A DNA stretch of 64,000 nucleotides. It comes from Lachnospiraceae bacterium Phil5. GTDB lineage: Bacteria > Bacillota > Clostridia > TANB77 > CAG-508. The stretch is from contig NWBM01000002.1 in assembly GCA_002633185.1 (NCBI GenBank), positions 209,640 to 273,639 on the forward strand, read 5' to 3'. Below, one piece after another: positions 30,360 through 38,504 of this stretch. Below the pieces are notes generated by a model. The model did no database searches. It saw only the letters and a program-made list of their open reading frames with translations, and had not been told where the DNA came from. How positions within the stretch are numbered: position 1 is the first letter of the stretch; each line of letters opens with the position of its first letter. The position numbers and the translations under genes were made by a program.

Positions 30360-30398
30360 ATGACCCAAGGCTTCGAAAGTTTCTTGGATACCGCTCAT
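30360..30398 (-). repeat. structured direct repeat X2
   Basis: ATGAGCGGTAT-CCAAG-AAACTTTCGAAGC-CTTGG-GTCAT followed by T8, with a promoter-like TTGCTA, 17 bp, TATTAT just upstream. Confidence 0.55.
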
Positions 30399-30470
30399 AT
30401 ATATAATAGCATATTTTAAAGTAATTAGCAAGTACCTTTTATGAAAATGTTATGATTTTTGGAAACAATA

Positions 30471-30748
30471 CTTTCATTTTGTGCAATGTTATATTTCTCT
30501 TTTTGAGATGCTCCATTTCTAAATTTATATCCCTTCTCCATCATTCTTATATATAAATTTATTAAATTCTTTAAATGTTTTTTTAATTTAATTTTCATTT
30601 ATTAATTATTTTTGCTTCTCAAAATATTTTTCTCTTCAACTTAGTTTCTAATATAAAAAATTATTTTTGTAAATTTTAATTTTAAAATTTATATTAATTT
30701 AGTAATTTTAAAAAATCAACTTTTTACTCCCCTACTTCCTGAATCGCT
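30471..30748 (+). repeat. AT-rich cassette repeat, copy c3 (divergent, lacks box iii)
   Basis: CTTTCATTTTGTGCAATGTTATATTTC ... TTTTTACTCCCCTACTTCCTGAA. Confidence 0.7.
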
Positions 30749-30820
30749 AATATTTATTCATACTAAATAACGCAAAACGGAGTCTTATCCTCTAAGACTC
30801 CGTTTTGCGGCTGAAATAAA

Positions 30821-30874
30821 TTAACCGCCTGCTTCCTTATCAGCCACAATACCAGCATAAGCAATACCAGACAT
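30821..30874 (-). CDS. 17-aa ORF (MSGIAYAGIVADKEAGG) in a mini-cassette
   Basis: GAGAGGAAG SD, a perfect upstream promoter and a 16-bp-stem hairpin downstream (30772-30808). Coding status is unproven. Confidence 0.3.
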   Translation of the reverse strand: MSGIAYAGIVADKEAGG

Positions 30875-30976
30875 ATTGACTTCCTCTCAATCGTTAATTC
30901 TTTACAGCAAGTGTCTGAACACGAGCTTTTAAGCTCACACTACGATAATTATATAGCATAATATGTTCAATGTCAA
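30875..30976 (-). promoter_or_regulatory. consensus promoter plus short leader related to the island leader
   Basis: TTGACA (30971-30976), 17 bp, TATAAT (30948-30953). The leader shares CGTGTTCAG.CAC with leaders A-C. Confidence 0.5.
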
Positions 30977-30989
30977 ATAAGGACTTTTT

Positions 30990-31050
30990 TATTACATTCA
31001 TTATACTAAAAATTGCTATTTTATTCCCCTACTTCTTAAGTTTAGTGATA
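30990..31050 (+). repeat. AT-rich repeat fragment (box ii only), c3b
   Basis: CATTATACTAAAAATTGCTATTTTATTCCCCTACTTCTTAAG. Confidence 0.7.
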
Positions 31051-31112
31051 TTTTTTATAACAAATAAGAGTTTTCGGTTCAGTACGAAAACTCTTATAAA
31101 TATTTGATAATT

Positions 31113-31604
31113 CTACTTATCCCATGAACCAACAACAAAATATGGCACACCATCTATATTCCTATAGTAAACTCTGAAACCATAGGGCTCGCGAGATAAA
31201 ACCTGGACAATACCGACAATAACAATTTGAAACAAATCGTTTATCACTCTGATATCTGAGCCACAATATCCTTCGTGTGCAGTCAACAGTTCATCGAGAT
31301 TTTTTCCCCGAATTCCATTCTTGTCATCAGAAAACTTTGCTTCAAGCTTCTCAATAAGTTCTGTATCATCTTTATAACTGCTTGGAAACTTAATACTTGA
31401 GAACCGACCGTCGGCATCTTTGTCAAAAACTTCATCAAAAATATCTGCAAGTTTGAACTTACGCTCATTTCCTAAAAATCTTTCAGTTACCGGCAGATTT
31501 GCTTTTTCGAAGTGCTTAAGCACGATCTCAAGAAATGCCACTTTTTCAACAGAGCACCCTACATTATAAAGCAAGTAATCGGCTTTGAATATGCGATTAT
31601 ACAT
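31113..31604 (-). CDS. 163-aa hypothetical protein (cassette C cargo)
   Basis: GGAGGA SD and terminator hairpin at about 31055-31085. No family recognised. Confidence 0.6.
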   Translation of the reverse strand: MYNRIFKADYLLYNVGCSVEKVAFLEIVLKHFEKANLPVTERFLGNERKFKLADIFDEVFDKDADGRFSSIKFPSSYKDDTELIEKLEAKFSDDKNGIRGKNLDELLTAHEGYCGSDIRVINDLFQIVIVGIVQVLSREPYGFRVYYRNIDGVPYFVVGSWDK

Positions 31605-31779
31605 ATTTTTTCCTCCAATTATGGTTAGGCAAGTTTTTTTCTTAACTTGTATGGGCTTTGTTAGTGCTGAACACGAATATGCAAATTCTGCATTATTCCA
31701 CTAACGCTTACTATATGTAAACAGGCTGTTTGCCTGGAATTTATGGATTTATATTATCATCTTTTATGTAAAATGTCAA
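31605..31779 (-). promoter_or_regulatory. island promoter plus conserved structured leader, copy C
   Basis: TTGACA (31774-31779), 17 bp, TAATAT (31751-31756). Back-to-back with the sRNA1 promoter at 31790. Confidence 0.7.
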
Positions 31780-31823
31780 TTTATATGATTTGACATATAA
31801 TTAAATGGTGTTATAATAATATT

Positions 31824-31890
31824 AGCATTGTAGTGTAACCGATTTATAGTAATGCTTGATATGTGTGTGATGACACATATCTCTTTTTTT
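31824..31890 (+). ncRNA. predicted small RNA 1 (module 2)
   Basis: TTGACA (31790-31795), 16 bp, TATAAT (31812-31817). Same 5' sequence ATTAGCATTGTA.TGTAACCGATT and the same terminator stem as module 1. Confidence 0.5.
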
Positions 31891-31969
31891 ATAAAAATAT
31901 TAGATACACATAAATAAGGTATGAAAAATTTTATTTGACATATAATAAGAATGATGCTATAATAATTAT

Positions 31970-32037
31970 AGCTTAAGCAAATCATAGGATGTCACAAGAT
32001 TTGCATCGAGATATGTTCGTCGCATATCTCTTTTTTT
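31970..32037 (+). ncRNA. predicted small RNA 2 (module 2), antisense to the neighbouring small-ORF initiation region
   Basis: TTGACA (31935-31940), 17 bp, TATAAT (31958-31963), and terminator GAGATATG-loop-CATATCTC plus a T-run. 31982-32005 matches 32159-32182 at 19 of 24 positions on the same strand. Confidence 0.55.
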
Positions 32038-32082
32038 ATTTTAATTCAAAAGAAAAAGGCGGTCGTCGTCCGCCTTCAAAGA

Positions 32083-32172
32083 TTATTCTTTGTTTGTGCC
32101 TTGGTTTTCATTATCATTATTACTTAAAAGCAATAAGACAATTAATCGCCAGATTAGCTCATAGGATGTCAT
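32083..32172 (-). CDS. 29-aa hydrophobic peptide MTSYELIWRLIVLLLLSNNDNENQGTNKE, type I toxin candidate (Fst-like architecture)
   Basis: Promoter TTGTAT (32247-32252), 17 bp, TATAAT (32224-32229); SD GGGAGGTG; ATG 32172; terminator AAGGCGG-loop-CCGCCTT (32057-32077). Convergent with sRNA2. Confidence 0.45.
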   Translation of the reverse strand: MTSYELIWRLIVLLLLSNNDNENQGTNKE

Positions 32173-32358
32173 TCCTTTTGCACCTCCCTTCTGCAGGGAT
32201 TGTCCAAATACATGGACCTTTTAATTATATCGTAAAATTGACTCAAATACAATGACTATTCTGTGAATTTTGTAATTTGTTTTTCTAATAATATGTCGAA
32301 AAATGACATTTCGATAACTATTTTCAGCTTGTTATTTTTGTATTATAAAATGTCCGAT

Positions 32359-32725
32359 TTCTTTCATTTTGTGCAATGTTATGTTTCGGATTTTGGTATA
32401 CTCTATATCGATAAATTTAGAAATTTTTGTACCCCCTTCTATAGTTATTATATATTTATATATGATTATTAAAAATTATTTTTTATTACTATTTATATTT
32501 ATTGTTTTATTTTTTCTAATTATATTTTCTGTTTTAGATTTTCTTTTCCATAATTATTTTTAATTTTAAAAATTATTTTATAAATTTTATTTTTGTTTTT
32601 AAAAATTTATTCATTATACTAAAAATTCTTATTTTTCTCCCCTACCTCTTAAATTCATTAAAATTTAAGAAATTATAAAACAACAAGTTATATGTCTTTT
32701 TTATAAAAATGCATTAAAATGCATT
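32359..32725 (+). repeat. AT-rich cassette repeat, copy c4
   Basis: All three boxes are present. The ORF-track ORFs here are not frame-conserved between copies. Confidence 0.8.
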
Positions 32726-32770
32726 TCCATAAGTTTGTCAATAAGAAAAATATATTAATATGTAGTTTCA

Positions 32771-33088
32771 TTAAAATACTTCATACGTCGGATATTTTAA
32801 CAGTAAACTTTCATCATTTAAGTCAATTTTTTTATTATATAATAATTTGTAAAAATAGTCTTTTGAGATTAATTGTTTATATACTATATCTATTTTTTCT
32901 TCATTTATTTCTAACGCCTTCAAAAGCTGATAGGCTCTTTTTTGAGTAATCTTAAAAAAAAGAGCTTCATCTTTTAACATATTTCTTATTTCAAGATTTA
33001 TAGTGCAATCTACTCCATTATTAGTTTTAAAATCAATATTTGTTTCATTCATAATATTAATACATTCAAAAATATTTACATCATCCAT
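32771..33088 (-). CDS. 105-aa hypothetical protein, translationally coupled to the upstream gene
   Basis: AAGGAG SD before ATG 33088. The ATGGATGA overlap spans the stop of 33081-34112. Confidence 0.55.
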   Translation of the reverse strand: MDDVNIFECINIMNETNIDFKTNNGVDCTINLEIRNMLKDEALFFKITQKRAYQLLKALEINEEKIDIVYKQLISKDYFYKLLYNKKIDLNDESLLLKYPTYEVF

Positions 33089-34112
33089 AATAAACAATCT
33101 CCTTTGCAATTTCGCTTCTATTTTTATTTGGTAAATACAGTCCATCTTGAATATTATCAAAAAACTTTCTTGAACTAATTAATTCTACACCTAATGAATT
33201 TATTATTATGTAATTCATATTCCAAGCTATATATAAAGTTTGAATATATTTATCGCCAACTTTTAGCCAAATCTTTTTAGGTTCATAACCTTTAAGTTCA
33301 AGTATAGGCTTTATATATTTAAATACTCCATCATTACCAGCATTCTTTGTTTTGCTTAGCAAAATATTCATCCACTCATATTCACCATTTTTTTCAAAAT
33401 CTTCCATAATTTCTTTTTCAAACTCTTTTTTAGGCTTTCTATTTAAATTGAATTTATCAACTGCTTTCTTAACAATGTCTTTTTCATCATTAACAATTGT
33501 AATTCCTTTTATTTCTAATCCTAATTTTGCTCTATTTAAATCTTCACCTTTTACAAAATCATCACAATCAATAGTAATCATGAAATCGTCACATATAATA
33601 CCTGTAGCATAATGAGACTCATATTCATCAGATACCAAAAAAATATCGCATTCTTCATTCGTTAATTGTTTCATTCTAAAAGCAAAATATCTAGATAATT
33701 CAAAACATATTCTCCTATTATGTTTTTTTCTCTCTTCTATCCATCTGCTATTGGGATTTCTTCCATATTTTTGGTCAATAGTGCATATATTTTTCTCTCT
33801 ATCATATTTTCCTAAAAAATAACAAAATTCATCAAAAACAAAATGTTCACATACCATACAATGAACTATTAAGATTTTTTCAATTAAGCTTAGTTGATCC
33901 AAACCTTCGATTTCATGTATTTTATCTACAATTGAATCATCTTCTGTTTTCCAAGCCACATAATCATATTGTATTCTTGAATCACCTATTTCTTCTTGAT
34001 CTTCAGGATCAACTTTTATTTTACACCAGTTCATATGATTTGTAATTCTTTTTAATGCCTCTAGAAATTCTTTTCTCTTTTCTTCTTTGTTCATTAGTTT
34101 TTTATCCTCCAT
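33081..34112 (-). CDS. ~340-aa hypothetical protein, weak transglutaminase-like Cys-His-Asp pattern (start probably ATG 34094)
   Basis: RRICFELSRYF ... SHYATGI ... ITIDCD spacing recalls transglutaminase-fold cysteine proteases. This is inference only. Confidence 0.55.
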   Translation of the reverse strand: MEDKKLMNKEEKRKEFLEALKRITNHMNWCKIKVDPEDQEEIGDSRIQYDYVAWKTEDDSIVDKIHEIEGLDQLSLIEKILIVHCMVCEHFVFDEFCYFLGKYDREKNICTIDQKYGRNPNSRWIEERKKHNRRICFELSRYFAFRMKQLTNEECDIFLVSDEYESHYATGIICDDFMITIDCDDFVKGEDLNRAKLGLEIKGITIVNDEKDIVKKAVDKFNLNRKPKKEFEKEIMEDFEKNGEYEWMNILLSKTKNAGNDGVFKYIKPILELKGYEPKKIWLKVGDKYIQTLYIAWNMNYIIINSLGVELISSRKFFDNIQDGLYLPNKNRSEIAKEIVYYG

Positions 34113-34238
34113 ACAATAACTTTTATTTTAATTATATTCTAAATTAAAATAAAAAAAATGGCAATATAGCTTTTAAGTATTTTTACAATAATTTCTTCGT
34201 AACAAATTATAAGTGAGCAGTATTATAATAGTCATATT

Positions 34239-34760
34239 AAACTGCGACATTTTTGCAAATTGCATGTTTTATTCATACAGGTGAAAATGTCCTACGTGCT
34301 TATTTCAATACTATTTTGAGATTTTTACATTTCTTAAATTTTCTAAACTTATATATAAAATTTACCTCATAGAAAATAGTCTTATTACTTTCATTTTGTG
34401 CAATGTTGTATTTCGGTTTTTGGTATGCTCTGTATTGATTAATTTTAAAATTTTTGTACCTCTCTTCTATCTTTATTATATATTTATATGTAATTGTTAT
34501 AAATTATCTTTTATCTAAATTTATATTTATTGTTTTGATTTTTCTAATTACATTTTCTATATTAGATTTTCTTTTCTAAACTTATTTTTATTATTTAAAT
34601 ATTATTTTATAAATTTTATTTTTAATTTATAAAAAATAATCATTATACTAAAAATTGCTATTTTACTCCCCTATTTCTCAAATCCATTAGAATTAAAGAA
34701 ATTATAAAACAATACAAACATATATGCTTTTTCTGTATAAAAGTCTTAAATTGATTTAAA
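34239..34760 (+). repeat. AT-rich cassette repeat, copy c5 (with 5' extension shared with c2)
   Basis: All boxes plus the extension. Confidence 0.8.
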
Positions 34761-34873
34761 AGATGATGAACTTGGATTTAGTAACAATAAAAAAGACAGA
34801 ACAAAAAATATTTCACTCTGTCTTTTTTCAATTATTCAGTTTCTTAGAATTTTTAATTGTATGAAAATATTTC

Positions 34874-35554
34874 CTATATTTTAGTAACACTTGAAGAAAT
34901 CATTATATCAGTTTCTAACATATTAATGGTAAAACGCACTTCATAATCTTCTTCATAATCTTCCCTTGTGGTACTCACCACACAGCATTCATCACAAACC
35001 TCTATACCATTAATAATACAATTATCCGTATCAATGTCAACATAAGTATAGTGTTCACAATCGTTAGTTGCTAAAATATACTTCTCTGTATAGAAGATTA
35101 AAAGCCCTTCACTTGAGAGAACAAGCTTCGGTTTTTTCAGCAACATTTTGAATATATTGTAGTTAGAAATTATATTGTGTCTTCCGATGTTGTCTGTGAT
35201 GTAAGCTACAGTAGTTGGTCCTACAAATTCAAATGGCATTTCTCTTTTCTTAATTGAAAAACGTTTTCCTTCGCAGACAGTTGATATAGTAATATTTTGG
35301 ATAAATCCATTAAGTCTGCAAGGAGATTCCAGCCCTGAATCTGAATTGCAACAATATACAACAATCGGGTATTCGCTGCAATACTGATAAATGTCATTAC
35401 CATCTACCAAAACTAATGAGTTTTCCTCAAACTGCTCCCATTCTTTCTCTGAAACAATACTTTCAGCACACATGGTAACTTGAGAATTTTCAATATACAC
35501 GTCTTCAGAGAACTCAATTACTCGTTCTACAATTGGAAATTTTTTCTTTTCCAT
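34874..35554 (-). CDS. 226-aa Cys-rich hypothetical protein (cassette E cargo)
   Basis: GGAGGGA SD and terminator hairpin at about 34790-34830. No family recognised. Confidence 0.6.
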   Translation of the reverse strand: MEKKKFPIVERVIEFSEDVYIENSQVTMCAESIVSEKEWEQFEENSLVLVDGNDIYQYCSEYPIVVYCCNSDSGLESPCRLNGFIQNITISTVCEGKRFSIKKREMPFEFVGPTTVAYITDNIGRHNIISNYNIFKMLLKKPKLVLSSEGLLIFYTEKYILATNDCEHYTYVDIDTDNCIINGIEVCDECCVVSTTREDYEEDYEVRFTINMLETDIMISSSVTKI

Positions 35555-35755
35555 ACCATCCCTCCAAATTATTGGTTAGCAAGTGTAATTGTTATTTACA
35601 ACTTGCATGGGCTTTGTTAGTATGCTGAACTCACACTAACTCTTACTTATATATCACTTGTTCTGAAACGCGGACTATCCAGTTCAACAAGTGAACCACA
35701 GGCATTTGCCTGGAATTTATGGATTTATACTACCACAGTTTTATGCAAATGTCAA
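35555..35755 (-). promoter_or_regulatory. island promoter plus conserved structured leader, copy D (variant with an extra hairpin)
   Basis: TTGACA (35750-35755), 17 bp, TAGTAT (35727-35732). Shares the 5' AAATCCATAAATTCCAGGCAAATGCCTG and GTTAGTG..ACTAACAAAGCCCAT segments. Confidence 0.65.
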
Positions 35756-35767
35756 ATAAATATTAAA

Positions 35768-36373
35768 TTAGTCATCTATTACATTTATTATTTGTTCTTT
35801 TGAAATAGGACCTTCTCTTAATATTTTAAGTTCATCCAAACTGCAATCGACTATTGTACTACTTTTACCAAAAACAACATTTCCATCCATCATTCCGTTA
35901 ATCATTGGACAAGCCTTTTCTATTTCATCTAAATTTGTACATGTTGGTTCTCCGCTTCTGTTAGCACTTGTCATAAACACTGGGCTTTCTGTCTTTCTAA
36001 TTAAATCCTCTAGTGCTTTTGAAGTTGCCATTCTAACCGCAATAGTATCTTTTCCATTACTTACATAACTAGGTAATTTACTATTCTTTTTTAATATAAG
36101 TGTTATTGGTCCTGGCATAAAAGCATGTATTAACTTCTCTGCATTTTTATTAACTATTGCAATGCTTCTTATTTGTTCTTCATCAGCACACATAATTGGA
36201 AAAGATTTTATTTTAGGGCGATTCTTTACTTCCATTAATCTATCATGTGCTTTCTTTGAACTTATTCTTGCACATATACCATAAACAGTATCTGTTGGAA
36301 CGCTAATTACGCCATCATTTTTTAATATATTAGCTAAATCATCAGTTTTATTTTGTTTATATCTTTCTATCAT
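35768..36373 (-). CDS. tsaC: L-threonylcarbamoyladenylate synthase (YrdC/Sua5 family)
   Basis: 201 aa with PTDTVYG, K.RP and SAN.SG motifs of the YrdC domain. Confidence 0.85.
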   Translation of the reverse strand: MIERYKQNKTDDLANILKNDGVISVPTDTVYGICARISSKKAHDRLMEVKNRPKIKSFPIMCADEEQIRSIAIVNKNAEKLIHAFMPGPITLILKKNSKLPSYVSNGKDTIAVRMATSKALEDLIRKTESPVFMTSANRSGEPTCTNLDEIEKACPMINGMMDGNVVFGKSSTIVDCSLDELKILREGPISKEQIINVIDD

Positions 36374-36489
36374 TTTTAACTTCCTTTTTGATTCTCTATC
36401 ATATCAAGCATTCTTATATGATATTAATCCTATTATTTTATCATTATCTTCGTATAATAATATTTTACCATTACATTTTTTTATTTCAG

Positions 36490-36633
36490 TTATGGTTTTT
36501 CAAAATATTTTTCTTTATAATCTTCTCCTACTATGTTATATCCTTCTTTGTCTATATCAGTTAAATATTGTTGTAATTCTTCTAATAAATATTTTATTTG
36601 ATTATCATATTTTGGATTATACTCAATTATCAT
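36490..36633 (-). pseudogene. possible remnant of a small acetyltransferase-like gene (47-aa ORF plus out-of-frame continuation)
   Basis: SD GAAAGGA before ATG 36633. The frame stops at 36490 and a second frame continues ...CNGKILLYEDNDKIIGLISYKNA. Weak evidence. Confidence 0.25.
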
Positions 36634-36695
36634 ACTTTATCCTTTCATTTTATTTTTTTCTAATTATTTTTCCATATTTCATTTATATGACCCGT

Positions 36696-38042
36696 TTATT
36701 TGAATCTTTTCAAATATGTATCAAATTTATCTAAAAACTCATCATTAGTTTTTGTTTGAACCATTTGACTTAATAATTCTTCTGTTACATCTGCAACTGG
36801 TAAGCTATTTAATGCTTTTCTTAATGCAGATACAGTTTCTAATTCTTTTGGAGTTTGTAATAAATCTTCTCTTCTTGTACCAGATTTGTTAATGTCTATT
36901 GCAGGGAATATTCTCTTTTCAGATAGTTTTCTATCTAATACAACTTCCATATTTCCAGTACCTTTGAATTCTTCAAATATAACTTCATCCATTCTGCTTC
37001 CTGTTTCAACTAATGCTGTTGCAAGTATTGTTAGGCTTCCACCATTTTCAATATTTCTAGCTGCACCAAAGAATTTTTTAGGTTTATGTAGTGCTGCAGG
37101 ATCAAATCCTCCAGATAATGTTCTTCCTGATGAAGGTATAACTAAGTTGTAAGCACGAGCAAGTCTTGTAATACTATCTAATAAAATTACAACATCTTTC
37201 TTTTGCTCTGTTAATCTTTTTGCTCTTTCTAATACCATTTCAGCAACTTTAACATGGTGTTCTGGTAATTCGTCAAATGTTGAATATATTACATCTCCTT
37301 TAATTGAGCGAATCATGTCGGTTACTTCTTCTGGTCTTTCATCTATTAATAATACTATTAATTCTACTTCTGGATTATTAGCCGAAATGCTGTTCGCTAT
37401 TTTCTTTAATAAAGTTGTTTTACCAACTTTTGGTGGAGCAACAATCATACCTCTTTGTCCTTTTCCTATTGGAGAAACTAAATCCATTAATCTTGTTGCA
37501 TATTCTGTTGGTTTTGTTTCCAAGCGTAGTCTTTCATTTGCATATATTGGTGTTAAATCATCAAATTTAATTCTTCTATAGGCTTTTTCTGGTGCTTCAC
37601 CATTTACTTCTCCTACAAATATTAGCGCTGGGAATTTTTCTCCTTCTTTTGGTGTACGAGCTATACCTTTAATTTTGTCTCCTTTGTCTAGTCTGAATCT
37701 TTTAATTTGAACTGGTGAGATATATACGTCTTTTGGGCTTGATAGATAATTCTTTCCTCTTAAAAATCCATATCCATCTGGTAATACCTCTAAAATTCCC
37801 TCCACTATAACATCATCTTCATTTGTAATTTTATATGTACCGTTTGATTGAAGATCGTTTGTCTCGAAATCTTCAGTTTCCTTTTTTGTATTTTTTGTTT
37901 CTTCTGCCGCATTTTCTATAGTATTTTCTTCATTACTTAATAATTCTATTAATTCATCTTTCTTTAATTTTGATACATTTTTAGCACCCTTTTCCTTTGC
38001 TAATTGACGCAATTCTACTAATGTGAAATTTTCATAATCCAT
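36696..38042 (-). CDS. rho: transcription termination factor Rho
   Basis: N-terminal [15 protein letters not shown]-binding [14 protein letters not shown], and P-loop [18 protein letters not shown]. Confidence 0.96.
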   Translation of the reverse strand: MDYENFTLVELRQLAKEKGAKNVSKLKKDELIELLSNEENTIENAAEETKNTKKETEDFETNDLQSNGTYKITNEDDVIVEGILEVLPDGYGFLRGKNYLSSPKDVYISPVQIKRFRLDKGDKIKGIARTPKEGEKFPALIFVGEVNGEAPEKAYRRIKFDDLTPIYANERLRLETKPTEYATRLMDLVSPIGKGQRGMIVAPPKVGKTTLLKKIANSISANNPEVELIVLLIDERPEEVTDMIRSIKGDVIYSTFDELPEHHVKVAEMVLERAKRLTEQKKDVVILLDSITRLARAYNLVIPSSGRTLSGGFDPAALHKPKKFFGAARNIENGGSLTILATALVETGSRMDEVIFEEFKGTGNMEVVLDRKLSEKRIFPAIDINKSGTRREDLLQTPKELETVSALRKALNSLPVADVTEELLSQMVQTKTNDEFLDKFDTYLKRFK

Positions 38043-38154
38043 AATTATAATACCCCTTTCGATTTTAAATATTTAATTTTAATTTTTGGAATTTTATTAA
38101 GAATAAAATGATTGAAAAAAATTTATAATAAGAGGTGGGTTAAACAACCTCTTA

Positions 38155-38457
38155 TTATTTACTAATATCTATATATACTCTTTCATTTGGTAAATACATT
38201 CCTAATTTATCTCTTGCAATTTGTTCTATGTATTCAGTTGAATCAATATTTTCTTTTTCTTGTAATAAGTCGGAATTTCTTTGTTTTTCTTCTGCTATTA
38301 AGTCTAAGTATTTCTGTTCATCTTTTTTATATGTACGAAGTACTTGATGTCTTGAAACCAGTATGTAAATTATATATAAGATTATTCCTATTATTAATAT
38401 ACGATTTAACTTTAATCTTTTTTTCATACGTTTCTCCATTTTTAAATTTTTATACAA
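38155..38457 (-). CDS. divIC: septum formation initiator (FtsB/DivIC family)
   Basis: TM plus coiled coil plus IEQIARDKLGM. Position after yabP-yabQ as in Bacillus. Confidence 0.75.
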   Translation of the reverse strand: MYKNLKMEKRMKKRLKLNRILIIGIILYIIYILVSRHQVLRTYKKDEQKYLDLIAEEKQRNSDLLQEKENIDSTEYIEQIARDKLGMYLPNERVYIDISK

Positions 38458-38504
38458 TCTATCTATTTATTTCTACATTATAACACAAAATCCTGCGTTT
38501 GCCA

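Noticed and set aside
27886-32949. ORF-track ORFs inside the AT-rich repeats (27886-28152, 32263-32472, 32369-32563, 32719-32949, 29407-29682, 25301-25627).
   Set aside because: They are low-complexity, lack an SD, and are not frame-conserved among repeat copies or lie antisense to better-supported genes.
24200-34760. Considered whether the recurring AT-rich repeats are a CRISPR array.
   Set aside because: The repeat units are hundreds of bp long and separated by kilobases of genes. There are no 25-40-bp regularly spaced repeats, and no cas genes are in the window.
22640-35760. Considered a classical integron (IntI plus attC cassettes).
   Set aside because: Cassettes carry their own promoters. 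The boundary repeats are 280-520 bp and not attC-like imperfect hairpins. I could not find RYYYAAC/GTTRRRY cores. The recombinase looks like a generic Xer type and is frameshifted. Only the organisational logic is similar.
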